64,000 nucleotides of DNA from NCBI GenBank assembly GCA_965215565.1, contig CBDCDZ010000004.1, positions 2,080,001 through 2,144,000 on the forward strand, written 5' to 3'. Position 1 is the first letter of the stretch, and each line of letters starts with the position of its first letter. This DNA is from Trueperaceae bacterium (GTDB taxonomy: Bacteria > Deinococcota > Deinococci > Deinococcales > Trueperaceae). Shown piece after piece: positions 33,316-42,912 of the stretch. The notes below the pieces were generated by a model. That model made no database searches. It saw only the letters and a list, made by a program, of their open reading frames with translations, and was not told the origin of the DNA. A program made the position numbers and the translations under genes.

Positions 33316-34728
33316 GTGAATAAACCTGCGGCTAACCCCAACCAAGTCTTCGACCCACAACACCGAGGGCTCACCATCGGCATCATTTTAGGCGTGACTA
33401 TCATCGCGTTTGAGGCTTTGGCGGTTGTCACCGTCGCGCCGCAAATCGCCGGGGCGCTAGACGGCATGGCGCTTTACGGCTGGATATTCAGCGCGTTTTT
33501 GCTCTCCTCGCTCTTGGGCATCACGGTAGGCGGGCAGCAAGCCGATAAAAGAGGTCCGGGGCTACCGCTTTTAGTAGGTATCGTCCTCTTCGGAACCGGG
33601 CTCCTCATCAGCGGTTTTGCGCCGACGATGCCGCTTCTCATCGCGGGTAGAGCGGTGCAAGGCTTGGGCAGCGGCGCACTCGTGACGTGTTTTTATCTCG
33701 CCATCAACCTCGCCTACGCCGACGCGCTCCGACCCCGGATGATGGCGCTGGTCTCGAGCGCCTGGGTCTTGCCCGGACTCTTAGGACCCACCGCCGCCGG
33801 CTTCGCCTCTGACCTCTTCGGCTGGCGCGTGGTCTTTTGGGGGATGGTGCCGCCCTTGGTATTGGTGGCACTGTTGACGGCTCGAGCCTTCCTAAAATTG
33901 GAGGGAAAAGGGCAGGGCACAGACCGCCTGCGCCCTGCGGCGAGTCTCGTCTTAGGTGCAGGACTTTTGATAAGTGGTTTAACACTCTCGACGCTCTGGC
34001 TTGCGAGCGTCATGGTCGTCGTCGGCGTGGTGTTCACCGTGCCTAGTTTGAAGGCGCTTCTGCCCGGCGGAACGTTGACGCTCAGCTCGAGCTTAGGCTC
34101 CGTCATCGCCGCGAGAGGTCTCATGTACGCCGCCTTCGTCGCCACCGAAGCGTTTTTAGTTCTCGCTCTAACAGACGTGCACGGGCTTTCGTCCTCGCTC
34201 ACGGGCGTCGCCATCGCGACGGGCGCGGTGAGTTGGACGGTGGGCTCGTGGCTCCAAGACTACTGGGACGAGCACTCGCCCGAAGGGGAGAAGGGCTCGA
34301 GGCGACGCTCACGCCTAGTCCTCGGCACGCTCCTCTTATCCGCTGGCATCGGCGTGCAACTCTTCGCCCTCTTCGTGAACGTCGTGCCGCTCCTCGTCAC
34401 CATCTCGGGCTGGCTGCTCTGCGGGCTCGGGATGGGCGTATCGCACTCCACGAGTTCGGTCTTAGCCTTTGCGTTCGCGCCCGAGGGGGAGGAGGGCGCG
34501 GTGTCGGCGTCCTTGCAGATTGCCGACCAGTTCACCTCGGCGCTGAGTACCGGGGTGGGTGGGGCGGTGCTCGCATTCGCAGTAGGGGTTCAGTGGGGGC
34601 AGCAGCTTGGGATTGCGGTGATTTTTGGGGTGAATTTGCTGCTTGTGGTGGGGGCGGTGGTGGCGGCGTACCGGGTGGGTGGAGGGCGTGGGGTGAGTGC
34701 TGGTTCATCGGAACGCGCGACGACTTAG
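33316..34728 (+). CDS. MFS transporter
   Basis: Many hydrophobic helices; ADKRG, GRAVQGLG motifs. Confidence 0.9.
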   Translation: MNKPAANPNQVFDPQHRGLTIGIILGVTIIAFEALAVVTVAPQIAGALDGMALYGWIFSAFLLSSLLGITVGGQQADKRGPGLPLLVGIVLFGTGLLISGFAPTMPLLIAGRAVQGLGSGALVTCFYLAINLAYADALRPRMMALVSSAWVLPGLLGPTAAGFASDLFGWRVVFWGMVPPLVLVALLTARAFLKLEGKGQGTDRLRPAASLVLGAGLLISGLTLSTLWLASVMVVVGVVFTVPSLKALLPGGTLTLSSSLGSVIAARGLMYAAFVATEAFLVLALTDVHGLSSSLTGVAIATGAVSWTVGSWLQDYWDEHSPEGEKGSRRRSRLVLGTLLLSAGIGVQLFALFVNVVPLLVTISGWLLCGLGMGVSHSTSSVLAFAFAPEGEEGAVSASLQIADQFTSALSTGVGGAVLAFAVGVQWGQQLGIAVIFGVNLLLVVGAVVAAYRVGGGRGVSAGSSERATT

Positions 34729-35254
34729 GCTGAAGGTGGGCGCTCGAGCCTAAGGGGGGTGTACCCCGTTCCAGAATAGCCCAAGAGGTTTTCTAACAAA
34801 TCTTTAGTAAGGATAAATGTACAAGAACTCACCCTGTTATTGGGATGAGTCCCTGTCTCGAGCTTCAGCATAAAGCTACCAGTGGTATCGGTCAATCCTT
34901 GAGCACGTTTCGCTCGAGCCGCTATACTACCCTTTTATGACTCTATAGAAAGGAATCTAAAAGATTATGTGGACCTTTAACCGCTCCGAACTGCAATCTC
35001 ACCTAGACGAAGGTCATATCCGCGAAGTCATTCATCCGAGTGGCACGCTCAAGCTGTACAACTACACGGCTAAGTGCCAATACGACAACGTATGGACACC
35101 TGTAACTAAGGCGTGCCGAGGTCTGATTGTAAGCAGTGAAGATACTGTTATCGCTCGTCCCTTTCCTAAGTTCTTTAACCTCGAGCAGCACGATCCCAAA
35201 GACCTCCCGAACGAGCCTTTCAAAGTCTTCGACAAGTTGGACGGTTCCCTCGGC

Positions 35255-36030
35255 GGTAGTGGCTCACCTCAGACTGCCAACCTTAACCTCCAGGTTGTAG
35301 CTAACGAGGAACATATGCAGGCAGATAAGGTGCATGTGCTGGGCTTTAGAGAAGGACAAGGTCTTTCTGACAAAGCGGGCGAGGCGCTGACGAATTGTGT
35401 TGTTGAAACGTTCAACGTGAGCCGTAAGTCCAGTTTCTTTGCCGACAGCCTGATGTTGCTCGTCGGGGATAACAGCTTGATAAGCTTCCCAAAAGTCACT
35501 GAAGACGAGACCTTTTTTGTAGGCGTTAGGTACGTTGCCCCAAAGCTTCTTGCACGTAGCGCTACCGCGTCCTCCTATGACGCAAGCAACGACTTGCCTG
35601 GTCTGTTTGCAAAGAGCCAGCCATATCCAGAGCTTTTTAGCTTTGCAGCTTACAAACGACCACATTTCGTCGAGTTCAAGCTCTACAGCTCCAGGTACTT
35701 TAGGAGCTATGAGTGTATCGCTAAGGGGAGGCGTTATCTTGGCTTTTTTTGAGCCAGGCGTCCAGTGTGTTACGTGATATCCCAAACGTTCTAGCGACAC
35801 CGCGCATACTAGAGCGCTCTTGATAAGCTTTAAGAATCTCTTCCTTTCTCTCTTTACTGTAGCCGTAATTTGGGTTCTCTAAACTCGCTCGGTTGCATTC
35901 CTTACAGTGGTAGCGCTGTTTGCCATTAGGGGCTTTGCCGTTCTTCTTTACGTTCTCGCTGCCGCAGTGATAACACTGTACTGTCTGAGTAACCATCCCT
36001 TAGCTTAGCAGTTCGTGTTGAGCCACTACC
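35255..36030 (-). mobile_element. IS1-family insertion sequence (776 bp)
   Basis: Perfect 12-bp IRs GGTAGTGGCTCA/TGAGCCACTACC; perfect 8-bp duplication CCCTCGGC (35247-35254, 36031-36038). Confidence 0.95.
35264..35996 (-). CDS. IS1 transposase InsAB (-1 frameshift at A7 run 35744-35750)
   Basis: InsA Zn finger CYHC...CKEC plus HTH; InsB ELDEMWSFV, SD.WEAY, ERFNNTIRQRL. Confidence 0.92.
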
Positions 36031-36834
36031 CCCTCGGCGTGCTCTACAAGCATGAAGGCGTTCCATATCTCGCTACGCGCGGCTCATTCACCAGCCCTCA
36101 AGCGGAAATTGGTACGCAGATGCTTAGGGAGCATCTGAAAGGCGCTGACCCTTTTGATGACGTGCTCACCTACCTCTTTGAAATCATCTATCCTGAAAAC
36201 CGCATCGTGGTGGACTACGGCGCAGAGCGCAACCTCGTCTTGCTCGCGGTACGTGAAACAGCAACAGGGCGCGAATTTAATCTCGGTGACTTCGCTCATT
36301 TGGGGTTTCCGCTCGCTAAGCACTTCGAGGACATAAACGATTATCAGGCGCTTCGCAACATGCAGCGCGATGATGCGGAGGGGTTCGTCGTCCTCTTTGA
36401 GAGCGGGCTTAGGGTCAAGGTCAAGTTGGAGGAGTACGTGCGACTTCACCGCTTGGTCACGGGTCTCAATCCGAAACACATTTGGGAGATACTCAAAGAG
36501 GGAGAGTCGCTCGATGCGACGTTGGAGCGCGTTCCCGATGAGTTCTACACGTGGGTCAAAGCGGTTGAGGGAAATTTGAGAGCGCAGTACGAGGAGATTG
36601 AAAGGGTGGCTCGAGAAGAATACTGTGACGATTTCGCCTCACGCAAAGAGGCTGCCGCATATTTCAAAACCCGCACCTATCCGGGTATTCTCTTCAGGAT
36701 GATGGACGATAAACCTTACGACGAGGCGATTTGGAAGCTCATCAAACCGAAAGGTGACGAAACCTTCAAGGTGGATGAGGTCTAACCCCACCCCGCATGA
36801 CAGATTTTTCACACCTCACCTCGTACACTAAGGT

Positions 36835-37992
36835 ATGTTCAAAAACTCCTACACCCTCCCCTTCAAACTCCTGGGCATCCCCCTCCGCCTAGACATCTCC
36901 TTTTTGTTCATCCTGGCGCTCTTCACCTGGATCGTCGGTATTCAGGTGGAAGCCTTCACGAACCTCTTCAACAATCTCTTGGGCACGTCTATCAATTTCA
37001 GCATGATTGGCGGCGGCGTGACCCCCTACTGGCTCGGCTTCCTCTCGACGCTGGGGCTCTTCGTGGGCGTGGCGATTCATGAACTTGGTCATGCAGTGGT
37101 GGCGCGGCGCTACGGCGTGGAGGTCAAAGACATCACGCTAATGTTTCTAGGCGGCGTCGTGCAGTTTAACGAGATGCCGCGTCAGCGCGGAGCGGAGGCG
37201 ATTGTCGGCATTGCAGGACCGATCACGAGCGTGCTCGTGGCGGGCGTGTCGTGGGTGCTCTTGCAGATTACACCGGGGAGCGCAGACTCGGTTCAGTTCG
37301 TCCTCGCCTTTCTAACTTTTCAAAACGTGTTTCTGGCGATTTTCAACCTCTTGCCCGCGCTGCCCTTAGACGGCGGGCGGGTGCTGCGCTCACTTCTCGC
37401 CTTGCGGATGCCGTACCTACGGGCGACGCAGATTTCAGCCAGCGTCAGCCGCTTCATCGCTATCCTATCAGGGATTTACGGGCTGCTCAACCTCAGCATC
37501 TTTTTAGTCATCATCGCCTTTTTTATCTACAGCGCGGTGCGGAGTGAGACACAGTACGCGCAAGTCTTCGAGCTGCTTTCAGGTATCCGCGTGCGCGACC
37601 TCATGACCAGAGATGTGGTCTCGGTCGAGCCGGACATGCCTGTCGCGCAACTCATCAAGCTGATGTTTTTCAAGAAGCACCTGGGGTATCCGGTTTTGGA
37701 GGGTGGACAGCTTGTGGGGATGGTCAAGCTCCAACACGCGAGAGGCTTAGATGACGAGGCGACGGTGGGCGAAATCATGTCCAAAGAGGTCAACACGATT
37801 ACCGAGGACAAGGACGCTTTAGAAGCCTTTAAGCGCATTAACCAGAACGACCTCGGGCGGCTCGTGGTAGTGGACGAGGCGGGCAGGATGACCGGGCTTT
37901 TAAGCAAAACCGACCTCGTGCGCACCTTGCAAGTGCAGTCCGTCGGCAACGAGATTCCGAACGTGCCCTCTAACCCTCAGCCAGACGCTTGA
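36835..37992 (+). CDS. site-2 protease (M50) with CBS domains
   Basis: HELGH, NLLPALPLDGG, two CBS repeats. Confidence 0.93.
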   Translation: MFKNSYTLPFKLLGIPLRLDISFLFILALFTWIVGIQVEAFTNLFNNLLGTSINFSMIGGGVTPYWLGFLSTLGLFVGVAIHELGHAVVARRYGVEVKDITLMFLGGVVQFNEMPRQRGAEAIVGIAGPITSVLVAGVSWVLLQITPGSADSVQFVLAFLTFQNVFLAIFNLLPALPLDGGRVLRSLLALRMPYLRATQISASVSRFIAILSGIYGLLNLSIFLVIIAFFIYSAVRSETQYAQVFELLSGIRVRDLMTRDVVSVEPDMPVAQLIKLMFFKKHLGYPVLEGGQLVGMVKLQHARGLDDEATVGEIMSKEVNTITEDKDALEAFKRINQNDLGRLVVVDEAGRMTGLLSKTDLVRTLQVQSVGNEIPNVPSNPQPDA

Positions 37993-38147
37993 ACTAAACG
38001 ATTGACGAACGCGGGTAGCGCGAAGGCGGCGCGGTGAACTTCGGGCGTGTAGTAGCGCAGCTCGTCCGCAAAAGGTAACGCTCGAGCGTCCAAATCCTCT
38101 ACGGGATACAGCTTTTTAGAACCTAACGTAAACGACCACATCCCCAT
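37977..38147 (-). pseudogene. speE: C-terminal remnant of spermidine synthase (polyamine aminopropyltransferase)
   Basis: GMWSFTLGSKK...LRYYTPEVHRAAFALPAFV matches the SpeE C-terminal pattern; N-terminal ~80% absent. Confidence 0.7.
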
Positions 38148-38243
38148 ATCTGACTAAAAACGCTCTTGGGGAGTAAACACACGTTGGCTCACACGTTACA
38201 GGATGATAGCTGCGTTTATTCAACTCAGTTTAGCGCGAACTAC
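38148..38243 (+). mobile_element. degenerate, left-truncated copy of the MITE-like repeat
   Basis: atctgact..aacgctctt...GGATGATAGCTGCG...ctcagt...gaactac, most similar to the 4720 copy. Confidence 0.5.
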
Positions 38244-38385
38244 GCCACAACCTAGCTGCGTTTTCAAGTAAGCGTCAAACGCGAATCCTTATTAAAGCTC
38301 ATTTGAAAACCGCTGTCAACTTTCGGGGACACTCCACGGTCAGCTATCTAACCGTCTCTAGCGTCCTAGCCTGCCATACTAAAGC

Positions 38386-39507
38386 ATGTTGAGTTCTCTT
38401 TCGGGCATCTTGCTCACCGCAGTTGTTTTCATCATTATTATCACCGTGTCGGTGGTCATCCACGAGTTAGCGCACTACTTCAACGCGCGGAGCGTCGGCG
38501 TGCCTGTTCGCGCCTTTAGCGTCGGGATGGGTCCGATTGTCTGGCGTAAACAGTGGCGCGGGACGGAGTGGCGGCTCTCGCTCTTGCCCCTGGGCGGCTA
38601 CGTGGACCTCCAAGGGTTAGCGCCCGAGCAGGGCGAAGACGGCGAACTGTACTACCCGGACGAAGGGTTTATGCGGAAAAGCTTTTTACAGAAGTTCTGG
38701 GTCTTGATCGGCGGGGTGATCGCGAACTTTATCTTGGCGATTTTGCTGATTTCTATCGCAGTGACGGCTGCGCCCAACTCGAACTTTCGCTACATCATTG
38801 CGGGCGAAACACCGAAGAGTTGGGGGGTGGCGTTTCAGGAGGTCATGCCGGACTCGCCTGCTGAGAGGCTGGGCATCCAACCGGGCGACATTGTTCTCGC
38901 TATCAACGGGATACAAGACCCAAATACGGAGACGTTCCGCAACACGGTTCAAAGTGCTTCGGAGCTTTCGCTGGTGTTACAGCGTGGCAGCGAAGAGGTC
39001 ACGGTGCAGACGCCTTGGCCGCCCGAGGGCGCAGAGAGTCCTCTTCTCGGGGTGGGCTTAGCGCCGCTCGAGGTAGATACGCTCCCCGCACTCTCCTACG
39101 GCGAAGCGCTAACGGATACTACGGTCTTTCTCGCCCGCATCGTCCCCGAATCGGTTACGGGCATCGTCGGCGGCTTCGGCTCAGCGCTTTCGGGGCAGCG
39201 CAGCGAAAACGTCGCGGGTCCAGTGGGCATCGTCACGATGACGGGACAAGCGGCGCGTAGCGGGCTCATCCCGGTGCTCTTCTTCGCGGGCATCATCAAC
39301 TTCTCGCTCGCGCTCTTCAATGCGCTGCCTATTCCCGGTTTAGATGGTGGGCGCATCCTCTTATCGGGTATCGTCGCCTTGCGCGGCAAGCCCTTTAAGC
39401 CCGGTCAAGAGGAGTTCGTCAACTTCTTGGGCATCGCCTTTCTGATGTTCTTCGTCGTGCTCATCACCTTTGGCGAGGTAGGCGACCTCATCGGCATCGG
39501 TCAGTAG
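38386..39507 (+). CDS. rseP: RseP-like M50 intramembrane metalloprotease with PDZ domain
   Basis: HELAH, FSVGMGP, PLGGYV, NALPIPGLDGG. Confidence 0.88.
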   Translation: MLSSLSGILLTAVVFIIIITVSVVIHELAHYFNARSVGVPVRAFSVGMGPIVWRKQWRGTEWRLSLLPLGGYVDLQGLAPEQGEDGELYYPDEGFMRKSFLQKFWVLIGGVIANFILAILLISIAVTAAPNSNFRYIIAGETPKSWGVAFQEVMPDSPAERLGIQPGDIVLAINGIQDPNTETFRNTVQSASELSLVLQRGSEEVTVQTPWPPEGAESPLLGVGLAPLEVDTLPALSYGEALTDTTVFLARIVPESVTGIVGGFGSALSGQRSENVAGPVGIVTMTGQAARSGLIPVLFFAGIINFSLALFNALPIPGLDGGRILLSGIVALRGKPFKPGQEEFVNFLGIAFLMFFVVLITFGEVGDLIGIGQ

Positions 39508-39586
39508 ACCTTTAACTCATTTCAATAAAAGTGCGTCAGGTCAAGAGCCTGACGCTTTTCTTTGCGAGAGCGGTTAGACTACGGAT

Positions 39587-40249
39587 ATGGCTTTTGACTC
39601 GCGCTCCTGCGGCGTCCTCATCCCCGCTTACAACGAAGCAGCGCGGCTGGGGCGCGTCGTCGAAACGGCGCTGAGCGCGAAACTTGGACCCGTTTTGGTG
39701 GTAGACGACGGCTCTACGGACGCCACCGCCGCCGTCGCTAAAGAAGCGGGGGCGCAGGTACTCAGGCTGCCTCACAACTTGGGCAAAGGTGGCGCGGTCT
39801 TCGAGGGCGCGAAGCGGCTACAAACGGACGTCGTCGTGATGATCGACGCCGACCTCACCGGCCTAGCTGAAACCCATCTATACGCGCTCGCCGAGCCTGT
39901 CTTGGAGGGCGACGTCGAGATGACGCGCGGCATCTTCGTCGGCGGGCGGTGGCGCACGACGACGGCGCAGCGCATCGCGCCGCAGCTCAACGGGCAGCGG
40001 GGCGTCGTGAGGGAGCAGCTTTTGGAGGTGACGGGTCTAAAGGGAAGCCGCTACGGTGTCGAAATCGCCATCACCAAGCACGCTAAAAGGTCGCGCTGGC
40101 GCACCGTCGACATCGCGATGCCGGGCGTGTCGCAAATCATGAAGGAGGAGAAGCGCGGCGTCGTGCCCGGCTTTATCGTCCGGCTGAGGATGTACCGAGA
40201 AATCTTAGGAACGTGGTTTCGCAGCCTGACGCGAGAAAATAGCAGGTGA
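39587..40249 (+). CDS. glycosyltransferase family 2
   Basis: IPAYNE, VVDDGSTD, GKGGAV, DAD. Confidence 0.92.
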   Translation: MAFDSRSCGVLIPAYNEAARLGRVVETALSAKLGPVLVVDDGSTDATAAVAKEAGAQVLRLPHNLGKGGAVFEGAKRLQTDVVVMIDADLTGLAETHLYALAEPVLEGDVEMTRGIFVGGRWRTTTAQRIAPQLNGQRGVVREQLLEVTGLKGSRYGVEIAITKHAKRSRWRTVDIAMPGVSQIMKEEKRGVVPGFIVRLRMYREILGTWFRSLTRENSR

Positions 40250-40256
40250 CACCGCC

Positions 40257-41282
40257 CTAACGCACCACTAAAAACTCGTCAACCTGCTTGCGGGACGACT
40301 GAGCGACGAGCAGCGCGCCTGGCAGATGCCCTACGGCGATCATCATGATCACGGCTTCGGCGTCGGGAATATCGGCGGCGCGGCGCATGTTCGCGTCCGT
40401 GTCTCGCTTGACGCTCCAGTTGAGCATACATGTGCCTAGCCCGAGCGAGTGAAGCGCGTACACCAGCGACATAGCGAAAAGCCCCCCGTCCACCCAACAC
40501 TGGTTGCGCTCCCCTGTCATCATGAAATGCTGCATGTCGGACGTCACGACGAGAACTTTAGATATCTGCTCTCCCCAGCCCTGATTGCCCGGTTGAAAGC
40601 TGAGCACGCGCGCCTTGTCCTCCGGGCTGCTAAAGATGTACACTTTCGACGACTGACGGTTGCACACTGAGGGGGTCTTCTGAGCCATCTTGACCGCTTC
40701 CTCGATGAGACTGGTATCGACCTCTTCGCCCGAGAACTGGCGCACGCTGTAGCGGTTGGCGAAAAACGCTCGCAAGTCCTTTTGCGACGCCTCTAGTATC
40801 TGCTCCTTCGACACGTGCTTGACGCCACCGTGACCGATTTGTACACCCTCCTTGCGGGCAAGCTCGGTGAATTTGGCGCGAAACTTTTCCCGGTCAATGC
40901 CGTGTTGAACGTTGAATTCGTCGTGAGCTTTGAGCACGTTGAGGGCGACTCGAGCCGTTTCGTCCAAGCCGTAGCGGGCGGTGTACTTTTCGAGCATCCC
41001 GAGCAATTGGTGGGCTTTCTTTTCACCAAAGCCTGCTCTGGGCTGCGGGAGCGCGAGCCCCTTCTCGAGCGAGTGGTACGTCCTGACGATGTCCGCGCGA
41101 AACGCCGTCTGGCTGGGATAATTCTTCTTGATCATCGACCACCGGAAGAAGCGCTTGTAGTCGTAAAGAGAGTTGTTGGCGAGTTCTACCACGCGCCACG
41201 TTATGAGAAGGCCACGTTTGATAGGTCGCGGCACCGAGCGTCTAAGGGTTGAGCTTACAGAAGGTTTTGGGATAGTTGTCAT
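40257..41282 (-). CDS. nitroreductase-family protein with N-terminal extension
   Basis: RYSVRQF, TPSVCNRQ, SLGLGTC; start uncertain. Confidence 0.85.
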   Translation of the reverse strand: MTTIPKPSVSSTLRRSVPRPIKRGLLITWRVVELANNSLYDYKRFFRWSMIKKNYPSQTAFRADIVRTYHSLEKGLALPQPRAGFGEKKAHQLLGMLEKYTARYGLDETARVALNVLKAHDEFNVQHGIDREKFRAKFTELARKEGVQIGHGGVKHVSKEQILEASQKDLRAFFANRYSVRQFSGEEVDTSLIEEAVKMAQKTPSVCNRQSSKVYIFSSPEDKARVLSFQPGNQGWGEQISKVLVVTSDMQHFMMTGERNQCWVDGGLFAMSLVYALHSLGLGTCMLNWSVKRDTDANMRRAADIPDAEAVIMMIAVGHLPGALLVAQSSRKQVDEFLVVR

Positions 41283-41559
41283 AACCAGACAAAAGATACC
41301 ACAAGGACGCATAGCCTTCTGTAGATTCACTACCGAACTAAGCGCCTCACCGACGCAATCTTTGCCGTAGTCTTCGCCCAGCTCACCACCTCAAACGTGG
41401 CGGAATCCAAGCGGGTAATGCCGAAGCATTGTGGAGGACGGCGCGGCGCATTGTATAAAAGCACTCCCGCTAGTCCAACGTAACGGCGTTTTCGTGGGAA
41501 GAACACCCCTAGCACTCACAACCAGAGGTCATACTTTACGCATACAGGTAAACTCTTTT

Positions 41560-42183
41560 ATGCTTTCACTGCAACGCTTCACGGTTGGTCCCCTGCAAGA
41601 AAACTGCTATCTGCTTACTGACGACGAGACGAATAGTGCTATCCTCGTTGACCCCGGTGACGAAGCGCTTAAACTCGTCCGGGCCTTGGAGGGCTATACC
41701 CTGGAGGCGGTTTGGCTCACCCACGCGCACTTCGATCATGTAGGCGCGTTAGCCGAGCTGCAAGAGGTTTGCGGCGCGCCTACGTTTCTTCACCCCGACG
41801 ACGAACCTCTTTTAGCTAACGCAGCGGCTTCAGCGGCGCGTTTTGGTCTAGAGGTGCGGCAGCCCCAGGTCGCGTATACGCCGCTCGAGGACGCGCAAAT
41901 TCTCTCGTTTGGTGTTCAAGAGGTTCGCTGCCTCTTCACGCCCGGTCACGCGCCGGGGCACACTGCGTTTTACTTTCCGAGCGGAGGTGCCGTTCTAGCG
42001 GGTGACGCGCTCTTTAAGGGTGGAATCGGGCGCACGGACCTGCCCGGCGGCAACCCTGCGCAGCTTATAAAGAGCATCCGCACCCAACTCCTCACGCTGC
42101 CAGAAGAGACCGTCGTCTACCCCGGTCACGGACCAGAAACGACGATTGGGGACGAAACGAGGAGTAACCCGTTTTTAACTTGA
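41560..42183 (+). CDS. MBL-fold hydrolase (glyoxalase II-like)
   Basis: THAHFDH, TPGHAPG, GDALF, PGHG; start after TAAACT. Confidence 0.9.
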   Translation: MLSLQRFTVGPLQENCYLLTDDETNSAILVDPGDEALKLVRALEGYTLEAVWLTHAHFDHVGALAELQEVCGAPTFLHPDDEPLLANAAASAARFGLEVRQPQVAYTPLEDAQILSFGVQEVRCLFTPGHAPGHTAFYFPSGGAVLAGDALFKGGIGRTDLPGGNPAQLIKSIRTQLLTLPEETVVYPGHGPETTIGDETRSNPFLT

Positions 42184-42192
42184 TCATGAGGT

Positions 42193-42507
42193 CTAGTAGG
42201 CGCTTAGCCACACAGACAGTTCTCTGTTCTGAGGCAGGCTGAATTCACCCCTGTAGGGCCTATAACCGGGCGCACGGACTTCGTAGCTGTAGTGCCCGGT
42301 GGAGAGGTCAAACGAGGTCAGAGGACCCTCTTGCTCCAGCGCCGCCGCGATCGGCGGCGCCTTCGCCTCGCGCACCCAGACCGTGGCGTGGGACGGCTGC
42401 ACTTCGATGGTGAGGGGATGCTTGGGCGTACCGCCTTGAGCGTTGCCCTCACAGCCCGCGATGAGGAGGGGGAGAAACCCGATGAGTAGGAGCTTGAGCG
42501 CCTTCAT
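42193..42507 (-). CDS. putative lipoprotein
   Basis: Signal peptide with lipobox LIAGC. Confidence 0.7.
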   Translation of the reverse strand: MKALKLLLIGFLPLLIAGCEGNAQGGTPKHPLTIEVQPSHATVWVREAKAPPIAAALEQEGPLTSFDLSTGHYSYEVRAPGYRPYRGEFSLPQNRELSVWLSAY

Positions 42508-42604
42508 ACCTGCAAGCGTAGTGTAGGGGCGCGGCGTCTCGAGTGACCAATATCTTAGCGTGTGAGGTCTTTTACGACGTTTTCGCGGACGAGTGCGCTA
42601 CTTC

Positions 42605-42640
42605 ACGTAAGAAGCCGCGCGAGGGCGCGGCTTCTTACGT
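42605..42640. terminator. perfect hairpin, probable terminator
   Basis: ACGTAAGAAGCCGCGC-gagg-GCGCGGCTTCTTACGT. Confidence 0.65.
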
Positions 42641-42795
42641 TTTGATTGTGCGCTCACTGACTATTCATCGTCGTGATCTCCAAGCGTTTTCGTGTTGTAC
42701 GGGACTGCATAATTTGCTTATCCTTGTCAGGGGCGTTAGAGCTTACCATCGCAGATGAGCGTGAGTTAGCTTTGCAAACCAACTCATGCAACCTC

Positions 42796-42905
42796 TAGCA
42801 GGTATCATCTGGTCAGAGACACGCTCACTTTATAAAACGATGTCTAACACGCACTTCAAGGGATGAGACCCGCGCTCAACTGTCTCAATGTATTGTGGAA
42901 CTGCT
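42796..42905 (+). mobile_element. 110-bp MITE-like repeat
   Basis: Collinear with the 20550 copy over its full length. Confidence 0.85.
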
Positions 42906-42912
42906 GCTCGTA

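Larger units (their letters stand above)
34967..36785 (+). pseudogene. Rnl1 (T4 RnlA)-like RNA ligase interrupted by IS1
   Basis: LYNYT, CRGLI, RPFPKFFN, KLDGSLG | VLY..ATRGSF, LFEIIYPENRIVV, EGFVV, RVKVK. Confidence 0.88.
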
